Part shown: piece after piece, positions 37,337-46,271 of the stretch | Position numbering within the stretch: position 1 is the stretch's first letter | How the letters are laid out: each line of letters opens with the position of its first letter | Assembly: GCA_001817425.1 (NCBI GenBank) | Contig: MHII01000012.1 | Location: 77-64,076 of the forward strand | Source of the DNA: Candidatus Buchananbacteria bacterium RIFCSPHIGHO2_02_FULL_39_17 | GTDB lineage: Bacteria > Patescibacteriota > Patescibacteriia > Buchananbacterales > UBA6539 | DNA: 64,000 bases | Reading direction: 5' to 3' | Notes under the pieces: generated by a model | Told to the model about the DNA's origin: nothing | The model's input: the letters and a program-made list of their open reading frames with translations, nothing else | Databases searched by the model: none | Program-made: the position numbers and the translations under genes

Positions 37337-38397
37337 ATAAATTTTTCTTTTTGTAAGCTTCTAAGGGCTAAACCGATGGCTGAAGTGTAAGATAAAATTT
37401 TATTTTTAGACAAGGAAATTTTTTTGTCTAAAGATAAATTATTTAGGGGATTTCCGATTTTAACCGGCAGGTTTAACATTTCTTTTAAAACTTCGTCAAT
37501 TTTAAGAAAATTAGCGCCACCGCCACAAATAATGATTTCACTAATTTCATTGCCGCTGACAAAATTAGTTTTATAGAAAATAATCGCTTTTTTTATTTGT
37601 TCGGCTAAATTATTTATTGATCCCATCAAAACTTTAAGCATCGCCCCTTCGCATTTTTCTCGATCAAGGCCGCAGACCAGTTTTGCTTTTTCGGCTTTTT
37701 TTTCATCCAGTTTGAGGGTTTTAGCGATTGCCTCAGTGATTTTATTACCTGAAATCGGCAGGCTGACCGTGAACTGAATCGTATTTTTGTCAAAAATAAT
37801 TAAGCCGGTTCGCATGGCTCCAAAATCGATAATAATCTTTGCCCCTTTTTCTTTTTCGGAAAGTAAACTTCTGACAATGGCGGCCGCTTCGATTTCTAAA
37901 ACATACGGCGTTAAGCCGCAATTCTGTAGAACTGAATAATAAGAATCAACTAGATTTTTCGGGGTGGCGCCAACTAAAACAGAAGACCAGTCACTGCCTT
38001 GTTCCAAGAGTTGCCAATCAAAATAGATTTCCTCTGGAGCAAGAGGAATATGATTAATAATTTCTTTTTCAATCAATTTTGGGGTTTCCTCCAAATTTTT
38101 TTTATTAATTTGGTTTGGTAGAGTTAGAACTTTAATAAAAGTTTTTGTTTCCGGCAAAACGGAAATAACATTTTTTGTTTTTATTTTTTGGCCAGCCGCA
38201 GTTTTAATCAGTTGTTGAATTAGTTTTATTAATTTATCCGGCTGTTGAATTTCACCATTAATAACAATATCATTTGGTACCGCTGATTCATTATAAGAAG
38301 TCAAGATTATTTTTTTGCCGATTTTTTTGCATTTTGCCAGTCTGATTGTTCGATCACTAAGATCTAAACCAAACGCCTGTTGCATTTGTCCAAACAT
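37333..38397 (-). CDS. pilM: Type IV pilus assembly protein PilM
   Basis: FGLDLS, IDFGA..T, CGGGA, AIGLALR (actin-like fold). Confidence 0.88.
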   Translation of the reverse strand: MFGQMQQAFGLDLSDRTIRLAKCKKIGKKIILTSYNESAVPNDIVINGEIQQPDKLIKLIQQLIKTAAGQKIKTKNVISVLPETKTFIKVLTLPNQINKKNLEETPKLIEKEIINHIPLAPEEIYFDWQLLEQGSDWSSVLVGATPKNLVDSYYSVLQNCGLTPYVLEIEAAAIVRSLLSEKEKGAKIIIDFGAMRTGLIIFDKNTIQFTVSLPISGNKITEAIAKTLKLDEKKAEKAKLVCGLDREKCEGAMLKVLMGSINNLAEQIKKAIIFYKTNFVSGNEISEIIICGGGANFLKIDEVLKEMLNLPVKIGNPLNNLSLDKKISLSKNKILSYTSAIGLALRSLQKEKFI

Positions 38398-38425
38398 AGG
38401 TTAAATTTTATTTCAATTATCTAAA

Positions 38426-38454
38426 ATTATACCAATTAATTTATATCGCGGCAA
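38426..38454 (-). promoter_or_regulatory. Putative sigma70 promoter of pilM
   Basis: TTGCCG-17 bp-TATAAT with TG extension. Confidence 0.6.
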
Positions 38455-38486
38455 ATTTTAACGCCTGTATCCTAAATTCCTAACTC

Positions 38487-38516
38487 TCCGCCAGAGGCGG
38501 ACTCGCCTCTGGCGAG
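38487..38516. repeat. 30-bp tandem double hairpin (TCCGCC family) directly after a stop codon
   Basis: TCCGCC-AGA-GGCGGA-CTCGCC-TCT-GGCGAG. Confidence 0.75.
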
Positions 38517-39731
38517 CTAATATTGTTCTTCCCAGTGATCAATTTGAATAATTGGTGCGGTGGTATTATAGCTTGGGTCAATTACCGGCAAAAAATTTTC
38601 CGGAACATAATTTAAAATAATTGAGCCGCCGCTGGCGGTGATCCGAGCGTCAAAACCAGTTAAGCTACCGTTAACCGTAAAATTTGTGCCCGAACTGGTT
38701 ATTTCCAAATCATCAGCCGCGTAAATTAGCCCATTAATAGTAATAGTGCCGCCGGCAGTGGTAAATTCCACGTCGTCTTTTGATAAAAGGCCGCCACCAT
38801 AGATTGGGTCAGCCGTCACCGTCACAATTTGGCCGGAGAGAGTGATTTCAATTTCTTCATCGGCGATTAAAACACCGTTAATCGTAAAATTTTTGCCGAT
38901 GATTTCCGCTTCACCCGTGACATAAATAATGCCATTTAAAGTCGTACCGCTAGGCAAATTTTTAAATTGAGTTTCGGTATAAACAGTGCCAGAGGCAAGA
39001 GCGCGGTTTTTCCAAGAATTCGGATCAGTTGAATCAAAATCAATTTGCAGCATATCAATCGTGGTCGTCGGCGCGCTTTGATAGCTCGTACCGTTTAGAG
39101 TTAAACGGCCGCCGGAAACAACATTAATCACATTGCTGGCGCTGACGATGCCGTCATTGACCACTACCTCCGCCCCTTGAACTTTAAAGACCTGATTGGC
39201 GTGGAGGCGGCCGCCGTTAGCCGTTAAGACAATGCCTGAACCAGTAAAAGTAAAATTGCCGTTTTGCTGGGAACCGCGGCCGCCAGCAAAAGAACTAAAT
39301 TCCCATTCTTCACTGCTACCAGTCGGCCGGGTGATATAAGATTTAACTACTCGTTGGGAAATGTTATCGGCAATTTGATAAGTTGAGGTGGAGATAATCC
39401 AAGCTTCAGCCGTGGCTGTGTTTTCTACTCTGACTTGATAACTGGCGTTCGTCTCGCCAAAAATATTTGTCCGGCTGATATTATTCGCGCTGCTTAAGGT
39501 GCCAGCGATAAAAGCATTTTTGGTTGCTTGATTGTTTTGAATTTTCCAAATCATTTCATTAATGCCGGTTTCCGCCAAATAATAATTTTTTGTCGCCAAA
39601 GATTGAACCACGGAAATCTTATTTTCCGAATTGGTTAATGACAAAAGATAAGAACCAGTCATTAAAAGAGCGGTTAAAGTTAAAATGGAAACGATTAAGA
39701 CAAAGCCCTGATTTTTTGTTTTTTTTGTCAT
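38517..39731 (-). CDS. PilX-like large minor pilin
   Basis: QG|FVLIV leader lacking Glu5, A...AETGINE, C-terminal WEE. Confidence 0.7.
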   Translation of the reverse strand: MTKKTKNQGFVLIVSILTLTALLMTGSYLLSLTNSENKISVVQSLATKNYYLAETGINEMIWKIQNNQATKNAFIAGTLSSANNISRTNIFGETNASYQVRVENTATAEAWIISTSTYQIADNISQRVVKSYITRPTGSSEEWEFSSFAGGRGSQQNGNFTFTGSGIVLTANGGRLHANQVFKVQGAEVVVNDGIVSASNVINVVSGGRLTLNGTSYQSAPTTTIDMLQIDFDSTDPNSWKNRALASGTVYTETQFKNLPSGTTLNGIIYVTGEAEIIGKNFTINGVLIADEEIEITLSGQIVTVTADPIYGGGLLSKDDVEFTTAGGTITINGLIYAADDLEITSSGTNFTVNGSLTGFDARITASGGSIILNYVPENFLPVIDPSYNTTAPIIQIDHWEEQY

Positions 39732-39732
39732 T

Positions 39733-40311
39733 TTAGTTGTTTCTGGGATTGATTACGGCTTTCATTTCAATTTGTTCAGCGCCTTTATTTAAATTTAAAA
39801 TAATATTAATATTTGAATTGCCAAAAAAATCAAGGCTGGTAAAATTTTCACCGATTATTTTTTCTTCTAAGATATTTTGAGTCGGCGCGCCAAAGGAATC
39901 AACATCATTCCAGTGAACGTAAATTGAGGGATCAGCATCAAAGTAATAAACAATAGTTTGTCGTTTTAATTGGTTATTGGCCAGTAAATATTTGAGGTAT
40001 TGGATTTGGGAAGTCGTGTGGCCGTCCTCAAATTCCAGCTCGTGGGCTAATAAGTTAGGGTCGGTGTCATCGGACGGAAGCGTGGTGACAATTTCAGCCG
40101 CTTGACGAATTTCCCGGGACATTAAATCAAGAACAATTCTGGCGTTTTGCGATAATTCGGCTTTAATATTGCCCTTGCGGAAAACTTTCTGGTTTAAAAG
40201 AAAAGTTGAGCTGACAACCATAATAATTAGCATGCCGATAATTACCGCAATTAGAAGTTCGGTTAAAGTGAACCCCGCACCTTTTAGATATATATTTTGT
40301 GATTTAGCCAT
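39733..40311 (-). CDS. PilW/GspJ-like minor pilin
   Basis: G|FTLTELLIAV; QNAR..LD.M.REIRQA. Confidence 0.8.
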   Translation of the reverse strand: MAKSQNIYLKGAGFTLTELLIAVIIGMLIIMVVSSTFLLNQKVFRKGNIKAELSQNARIVLDLMSREIRQAAEIVTTLPSDDTDPNLLAHELEFEDGHTTSQIQYLKYLLANNQLKRQTIVYYFDADPSIYVHWNDVDSFGAPTQNILEEKIIGENFTSLDFFGNSNINIILNLNKGAEQIEMKAVINPRNN

Positions 40312-40399
40312 TTAAAACAAATGAAAATATTAATATTGAAAAATTATTTTAAACGAATTATCTAAAGCGCGAAGCGCAATATCTAAAAGGTGCGGGGTT
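40271..40399. mobile_element. Pilin-leader inverted-repeat element 1
   Basis: 21-bp perfect IR AACCCCGCACCTTTTAGATAT (40271-40291 / 40379-40399). Confidence 0.75.
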
Positions 40400-40856
40400 A
40401 AAAATCAGAAATAGCTGAACTTAATTGGGTTGATTTTTCCGAGGTGCCAACTGTTGAGGGCCAAAAAACCGTTACCGTAATTTTTTTCAGTCCAGTATCG
40501 TTGGCGCTAACATTAAAATTACTGTCAAGATATTCAACAATTGTCTGTCTTTGAAAAGCGTAATAAAAATCAGTCGGATCACTTGATAATCTTTGTTTGG
40601 CTTCAATCGTGCCAGTGCTGATATTGTCGTAGCCTAGGCTGATGACTTCTTCAATTTTTGCCACGGCTAAATTAGAGGCGGTAGTTAATCTTTGGGCATC
40701 GCCGGTGATTTTCAAGCTTAAAGGGAAAATTTGAACCACGGCAAAAAGGCCAACCATTAAAATCATTGTGGCAATGGCCGCTTCAATAATGGTAAACCCC
40801 GCACTATGTTGGCGTAAGTTATTTTTGTCAATTTTTATAAATGATTTTTTAAACAT
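40398..40856 (-). CDS. PilV/GspI-like minor pilin
   Basis: G|FTIIEAAIA; A..LA..KIEE; LKKITVTV.W. Confidence 0.8.
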   Translation of the reverse strand: MFKKSFIKIDKNNLRQHSAGFTIIEAAIATMILMVGLFAVVQIFPLSLKITGDAQRLTTASNLAVAKIEEVISLGYDNISTGTIEAKQRLSSDPTDFYYAFQRQTIVEYLDSNFNVSANDTGLKKITVTVFWPSTVGTSEKSTQLSSAISDF

Positions 40857-40924
40857 TACTATTTTTTTGATTATTCTTTATGAATTTTGGTATCTACTGA
40901 ATTAACGCCAACATAGTGCGGGGT
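40796..40924. mobile_element. Pilin-leader inverted-repeat element 2
   Basis: 20-bp perfect IR ACCCCGCACTATGTTGGCGT (40796-40815 / 40905-40924). Confidence 0.8.
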
Positions 40925-40936
40925 AAACCCTTGTTT

Positions 40937-41419
40937 TTAATCAATAACTTCAACATAGCCTGATGGTTTGATGTTTATCGTGGATATTTGACTTCTGGTG
41001 TTAGTCAAGGTAATTGAGCCGGTTTCCGCCACCCCGCCTGTCGGATTGAAACTGACTAAATCATTAGTCAGGCCAGAGATTTGACTGATGGAAACTTCAG
41101 TGTCTAAATTAACTTCTTTATTGACGTTACTGGTTTCCGAATTAACGATTTGATATTTTTTAGTTAGGGGAAAGAGTTTGAGCTGATAAATTTTTTGTTC
41201 CGTGACAGCTAATTGCTGGGTAAGCCGTAAATTGGTGGCTAAGACCCGAGCCTCACTTTTTAATTTGGTGTTTTTTTGGTAGTTGACAAAAAGCGGGGCG
41301 CTAATAATTGAAATAAAAGCGATAATACCTAAAACCGCAGCAAGCTCAGTAATCGTAAACCCCGCACTTTGTTGGCGTAGGTAATTTTTGTTTATTCTTT
41401 TGAAAATATTTTTAACTAT
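40937..41419 (-). CDS. FimT/GspH-like minor pilin missing from the ORF track (opens with ATA)
   Basis: Manual translation IVKNIFKRINKNYLRQQSAG|FTITELAAVLGII...LATNLRLTQQLA...FNPTGG...KPSGYVEVID*; 160 codons without an internal stop. Confidence 0.8.
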   Translation of the reverse strand: MVKNIFKRINKNYLRQQSAGFTITELAAVLGIIAFISIISAPLFVNYQKNTKLKSEARVLATNLRLTQQLAVTEQKIYQLKLFPLTKKYQIVNSETSNVNKEVNLDTEVSISQISGLTNDLVSFNPTGGVAETGSITLTNTRSQISTINIKPSGYVEVID

Positions 41420-41486
41420 TTATCATTTATTAATTTATTTTTTGAACCTAAAATTTTGAGGAATAAATGCCAACATAGTGCGGGGT
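41359..41486. mobile_element. Pilin-leader inverted-repeat element 3
   Basis: 18-bp IR with 1 mismatch (41359-41376 / 41469-41486). Confidence 0.8.
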
Positions 41487-41533
41487 AAATCCTTTTTAAT
41501 TTATTTTGATCTATCGTCATTAAACTTTAACGC

Positions 41534-42613
41534 TTAAATTTGTTGGCTTAAGGAATAAATCGGCATAATGATGGCTACGGCCATACCACCGACGCCAATG
41601 CCTAGAACAACCATTAACAGCGGTTCAATAATTGATGGCAGATTTTCCATAGTTTGGGCGACATCATCTTCATAAAAAATTGCTGATTCTTCCAAAATAT
41701 CATCCAAGGCGCCAGTTTCTTCGCCGACGGCAATCATTTGTAAAACAACCGGCGGGAAAAGTTTAAGATGAGGTTTGAGTGATTCTTTAATGCTAATTCC
41801 TTTTTTGATTTTTTCTTTAGCAATGAGGAGGGCTTCCTGATACAAAGCGTTGCCTAAAACGCGGGAAGTAATTTCAAAAGATTGAACAATCGGGATGTCG
41901 GTTTTTAAAAGTGAGCTTAAAGTTCGGCAGAATCTTGCCAGATTAACTTTTTTAATAATTGAGCCGGCAACTGGGGTTTTAATCAGGAAAGAGTGAAATT
42001 GTTTTTTTCCGCCCGGGGTGGCGACAAAACGATTAAAAATAATGATTAATACCGCCAGGCCAATTAAGACAAAAATTCCGTACTTTAAAACAAACTCACT
42101 GCTAAAAATTAGAATTCGGGTCGCGAGAGGCAAGGCGACATTGAGTTCCTTAAAAACTCCGGAAATCGTCGGAATGACATAGATGAGCATCAGAATACCG
42201 ATAATAACCATCATGGCCATGACGATTGAAGGGTAGATCATGGCGCCTTTAACTTTAGCAATAATCTCGTGATCTTTTTTCATTTGGACAAATAATTCTT
42301 TTAAAACATCCTCTAATTTACCAGAAGCCTCGCCCGCTTTAACCATATTAATAAAAAGTTCGCCAAAAATTTTTTGATATTTCTCCAGACCAAGGGAAAG
42401 CAAATTGCCTTTTTCCACGCCTTGTTGCAGATCAACTAAAATTGTTTTGAATGTTTTTGAGGTGGTCTGCTCCGCTAAAGTTTTTAAAGCGACCGAAAGC
42501 GATATGCCTGACTTGAGCATCACTCCAAGCTGTTGAACAAAAAAAATCTTTTGCGACAAAGTAATTTTTCGCGGTTTAGTGATCCACTGAATTATTTTAT
42601 TGTTATTAGCCAT
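41534..42613 (-). CDS. pilC: Type IV pilus platform protein PilC (GspF family)
   Basis: MLKSGI, GEASGKL, A..YP, GEETGAL, IEP. Confidence 0.92.
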   Translation of the reverse strand: MANNNKIIQWITKPRKITLSQKIFFVQQLGVMLKSGISLSVALKTLAEQTTSKTFKTILVDLQQGVEKGNLLSLGLEKYQKIFGELFINMVKAGEASGKLEDVLKELFVQMKKDHEIIAKVKGAMIYPSIVMAMMVIIGILMLIYVIPTISGVFKELNVALPLATRILIFSSEFVLKYGIFVLIGLAVLIIIFNRFVATPGGKKQFHSFLIKTPVAGSIIKKVNLARFCRTLSSLLKTDIPIVQSFEITSRVLGNALYQEALLIAKEKIKKGISIKESLKPHLKLFPPVVLQMIAVGEETGALDDILEESAIFYEDDVAQTMENLPSIIEPLLMVVLGIGVGGMAVAIIMPIYSLSQQI

Positions 42614-42620
42614 TTTTTAA

Positions 42621-44354
42621 TTAATCTTTGGTTACCCTCAAGACTTCCTCGATGGTGGTAATTCCTGATTTTGATTTAATAAAGCCATCCTCTAAAATTG
42701 TGAGCATGCCTTGGTCTTTTGCCATTTTTTGGATTTCTTTCGCCGGTGAATTTTTGAGAATTAATTCAGAAATTTCTGAACTGACATTCAAGACTTCGTA
42801 AATGCCGATTCGGCCGCGATAGCCGTTCTGGTTGCATTTTTTACAGCCTTTGCCGCGATAAAAAAGCAGGGATTCCTTGGTTTGTTTTTTCGTGACCAGA
42901 TTTTCTTTTTCCAGAGTTTCTAAAACTAAAGCAAAATTAATTTGTTTTTCCAACTCCGCCAATTCGGTTTTATTTAAAGTATAACTTTCCATACAGTCTT
43001 GGCAGATGCGTCGAACCAGCCGTTGAGCCACAATCATAATGCAAGTGGAAGCGACTAAAAAGGCGGGTACGCCCATTTCGCTTAAACGAGGCAAGGTGGT
43101 GGGCGCGTCATTGGTATGGAGAGTAGAAAGAACTAGGTGGCCGGTCAGGGACGCATGAATAGCAATTTCAGCGGTTTCGTTGTCCCTGATTTCACCCACC
43201 ATAATGATATTTGGGTCTTGACGCAGAAAGGACCGGAGGGCGGAAGCGAAAGTATAGCCGATTTTTGGATTGACTTGAGTTTGATTTAAACCCGGCATCC
43301 GGTATTCAATCGGATCTTCAATCGTGGTGATATTAATTTCCGGCTTATTTAAAATATTTAAAACCGCATAAAGGGTGGTGGTTTTTCCTGAACCAGTCGG
43401 GCCGGTGACCAAAATTAGACCATGGGGTTTTTTAATATTTTTTCTGACGACTTCTAAGGCGCGTCTTTGAAAACCAAGCTGCTCTAAGCTAATGACGCTG
43501 GTTTGCTCGTTTAAAGCGCGCAAGACTACTTTTTCCCCGTCGTAAGTTGGGATAATGGAAACACGGAAAGAAACTTTATATTCGTTGGTCGCGACTTTGA
43601 AACGGCCGTCTTGAGGCAGGCGGTGCTCGTCTAATTTAAGATTGGAAAGAATTTTAATTCTGGCGACGATGCCGGCGTGGACAGATTTAGGCAAAGTCAT
43701 CACTGGGCGCAAGACGCCGTCAATCCGATAGCGGACCACAACTTCTTTTTCGGTTGGTTCAATATGAATATCTGAAGCATTTTCTAAAATGGTGTATTCC
43801 AGGAGCGTGTCAACAATCCGAATCACTGGTAAGTCATGGGCTAATTCTTTTAACTTTGAGCCGCCTTCAGCTTCTTCACCAGTTTTTTCTTGATCCTTAG
43901 TTAATTCCTGAAACTCGGCTTTTAAGCCTTTATGATAAAGTTTTATTACTTCATTTAAACTCTCCGGCGTGGTTAAATAAATTTTTATCTCCAAGCCGGT
44001 TTTTTTTGATAAAAATTCAAAAAGTTGCAAATCAGTTGGATTTAAAGTGGCAATTTTTAATTCGGTGTCCGTTTTATTAAAAGCGATAATTTTATGGGTG
44101 GCGGCAAGCGGTTCAGGGATTAAAAATAAGATATCTTTTCTAACGGTTTCATTTTTTAAATTAATAAACGGCAAATTATAGTAATTTGCCGCTATTTGGT
44201 AGAGCTGTTCTTGACCGATGACTTTTTGGCTAACTAAGTAGTCCTCAAGGGTTTGGTTTCTTTTTTTTGCCTCTTCAAGATAAAGATCAAGCTCTTGAGC
44301 GCCAACGGTTTTGGTTTCAAGCAAGACTTTTTTTAATTGATCTTCTTTGAACAT
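42621..44354 (-). CDS. pilB: Type IV pilus assembly ATPase PilB (GspE family)
   Basis: ASDIHIEP, PQDGR, GPTGSGKTTT, EDPIE, LRQDP, TGHLV.STLH, zinc-binding CxxC pairs. Confidence 0.95.
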   Translation of the reverse strand: MFKEDQLKKVLLETKTVGAQELDLYLEEAKKRNQTLEDYLVSQKVIGQEQLYQIAANYYNLPFINLKNETVRKDILFLIPEPLAATHKIIAFNKTDTELKIATLNPTDLQLFEFLSKKTGLEIKIYLTTPESLNEVIKLYHKGLKAEFQELTKDQEKTGEEAEGGSKLKELAHDLPVIRIVDTLLEYTILENASDIHIEPTEKEVVVRYRIDGVLRPVMTLPKSVHAGIVARIKILSNLKLDEHRLPQDGRFKVATNEYKVSFRVSIIPTYDGEKVVLRALNEQTSVISLEQLGFQRRALEVVRKNIKKPHGLILVTGPTGSGKTTTLYAVLNILNKPEINITTIEDPIEYRMPGLNQTQVNPKIGYTFASALRSFLRQDPNIIMVGEIRDNETAEIAIHASLTGHLVLSTLHTNDAPTTLPRLSEMGVPAFLVASTCIMIVAQRLVRRICQDCMESYTLNKTELAELEKQINFALVLETLEKENLVTKKQTKESLLFYRGKGCKKCNQNGYRGRIGIYEVLNVSSEISELILKNSPAKEIQKMAKDQGMLTILEDGFIKSKSGITTIEEVLRVTKD

Positions 44355-44528
44355 ATTTTTGATTAAAGCAATCATTAAATCATGAAAACTATTGCGGTTT
44401 AGACACAAGGAGTGAGATTTTAGGGAAACTCAGGATTGATTGAGATTTTCTTGCTTCCATATTATACCATAATTTTAATTTTTGGAGAAATTCAAAGCCA
44501 TTTGTAGTTGGTAAGCGGTCTATTTGGG

Positions 44529-44557
44529 TGGACAAATTGCCAAATTATTATTATGAT
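44529..44557 (+). promoter_or_regulatory. Putative sigma70 promoter preceding a long structured leader
   Basis: TGGACA-17 bp-TATGAT. Confidence 0.5.
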
Positions 44558-44581
44558 AGTATTATCAAGACTCATCAATAT

Positions 44582-44825
44582 GCCCCGATATCGAGCATCG
44601 GGGCTGGTTAATCTTTTCGCGGCCGGAAAAGTACCTCGTCCCCGCCTGCCGCCCGCCCGTTTTTAACTTCGCCAAAGGCGAGTGGGGGCGGGTCACCTTA
44701 ACACATTTTTTAAGATTAAAATGGTTTAGCTGGGTTTAAATTTTAGTTTTATAATCCCCAATTAAACAGGCATTGGCGGGCAGGCTGCCCGCCGGATCTG
44801 CTAACTGGCGGAGAAGGCGGATTAA
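44582..44825 (+). ncRNA. Candidate structured RNA or 5' leader, unidentified
   Basis: GC-rich complementary blocks in an AT-rich intergenic region downstream of a promoter. Confidence 0.3.
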
Positions 44826-44847
44826 GATGGAAAAAAATTATTAAATT

Positions 44848-45219
44848 ATGCCGATTTTTCAACATCAATTTAGCCTGACTAAAACTTATTGGCGTGACCG
44901 GTTTATTCTGATTAATTTGGCTATCAGTTTAATTTTAAATGCCAGTCTTTGGTTTTTTTTATTTCAGCAAGCGATCAATTTATTTGAGCTAAAACCCCTT
45001 CATTATAATATTTATTTTGGCATTGACTTGTTCGGCCAGTGGTATCGCATATTTTTATTGCCTTTAATCGGTTTAATTTTTTATTTAATTAACTCAGCCA
45101 TTGGTTTAGTAATTTTTCAGAAAGAAAAAATTTTTAGTTACTTTTTGATTGGGACAAGCAGTTTTGTTCAATTGATTTTAATCATCGCCGCGATTTTTAT
45201 CGTTTACGTTAACTTATAA
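44848..45219 (+). CDS. Hypothetical three-TM protein
   Basis: PLHYNIYFGID..G.W motif; hydrophobic. Confidence 0.7.
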   Translation: MPIFQHQFSLTKTYWRDRFILINLAISLILNASLWFFLFQQAINLFELKPLHYNIYFGIDLFGQWYRIFLLPLIGLIFYLINSAIGLVIFQKEKIFSYFLIGTSSFVQLILIIAAIFIVYVNL

Positions 45220-45223
45220 AATC

Positions 45224-46267
45224 ATGGCCACTAATTTTTTTATTATTAAAATTTTTCTTTTGACAACAGTTTCTTTTATTTTGACTTTAATTTGGACACC
45301 ATTTTTGACCCATCTTTTGTATAAGTTCCGGCTCGGCAAAGGCATCAGGGATGAAAAAGTTGCCCCGATTTTTGCCATGATTCATAAAAAGAAAGCGGGA
45401 ACGCCGACGATGGGCGGCGTTTTGGTTTGGGGGACAACTTTATTTTTAATTATTTCAATTTTTTATTTATCAAAAATTTTTGACGGGATTTTTAGTGGCT
45501 TGAATTTTTTATCTCGGAGCGAAACTCTTTTGCCCTTAGGGGCGTTAATTGCTTCAGCGATCGTTGGTTTAATTGATGATTTGTTTGACATTTGGCGGAT
45601 GGGCAAGGATGGCGGTGGCCTTAGAATGCGTCATCGCTTTATGATTTATGGATTGATTGCCGGGGTTGGCGCTTGGTGGTTTTTCTATAAATTGGGTTGG
45701 ACGATTTTATATGTGCCATTTTTTGGTTATTTGGATATTGGTCTTTGGTATATTCCTTTTTTTATTTTTATCATCATTGGGACCGCTCATGCCGTGAATT
45801 TAACTGACGGTTTGGACGGTTTGGCCGGCGGGACACTCTTAGCCGCTTTTAGCACTTACGGCGCAATTGCCTTTGCCCTTGGCCGTTACGATTTAGCAAC
45901 TTTTTGCGGGGTGATTGCCGGCGCGCTTTTGGCTTTTTTGTGGTTTAACATTAACCCGGCGCGGTTTTTCATGGGTGACACCGGTTCAATGTCACTTGGG
46001 GTCACTTTAGGCATTATTGCCATGCTCACTAACGCCGCTTTGCTTTTGCCAATTATTGGTTTTATTTTCGTGGTTGAAACAGTTTCGGTTTTAATTCAGA
46101 TGTTCTGGAAAAAAGTCTTTGGTCATAAACTTTTTCTTTCTTCGCCGCTTCATCATCACTTGGAGGCTATTGGCTGGCCAGAGCCAAAAATTGTGATGCG
46201 TTTTTGGGTCATTGCCGCGGTTTCATCAATTATTGGTTTAATTTTGTTTTTGGTGGATAAAGTGTAG
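45224..46267 (+). CDS. mraY: Phospho-N-acetylmuramoyl-pentapeptide transferase
   Basis: KAGTPTMGG, G.IDD, AVNLTDGLDGLA, FMGDTGS, PLHHH.E. Confidence 0.96.
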   Translation: MATNFFIIKIFLLTTVSFILTLIWTPFLTHLLYKFRLGKGIRDEKVAPIFAMIHKKKAGTPTMGGVLVWGTTLFLIISIFYLSKIFDGIFSGLNFLSRSETLLPLGALIASAIVGLIDDLFDIWRMGKDGGGLRMRHRFMIYGLIAGVGAWWFFYKLGWTILYVPFFGYLDIGLWYIPFFIFIIIGTAHAVNLTDGLDGLAGGTLLAAFSTYGAIAFALGRYDLATFCGVIAGALLAFLWFNINPARFFMGDTGSMSLGVTLGIIAMLTNAALLLPIIGFIFVVETVSVLIQMFWKKVFGHKLFLSSPLHHHLEAIGWPEPKIVMRFWVIAAVSSIIGLILFLVDKV

Positions 46268-46271
46268 AATT

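Noticed and set aside
39733-41486. Shufflon or diversity-generating retroelement acting on the pilins
   Set aside because: Repeats are at the N-termini, there are no alternative C-terminal cassettes, and no recombinase or reverse transcriptase is in the window; only local inversion remains as a hypothesis.
44582-44825. RNase P RNA, SRP RNA or tmRNA
   Set aside because: Diagnostic motifs (GAGGAAAGUCC, the SRP GGAA domain, tRNA-like ends) were not found on either strand by eye.
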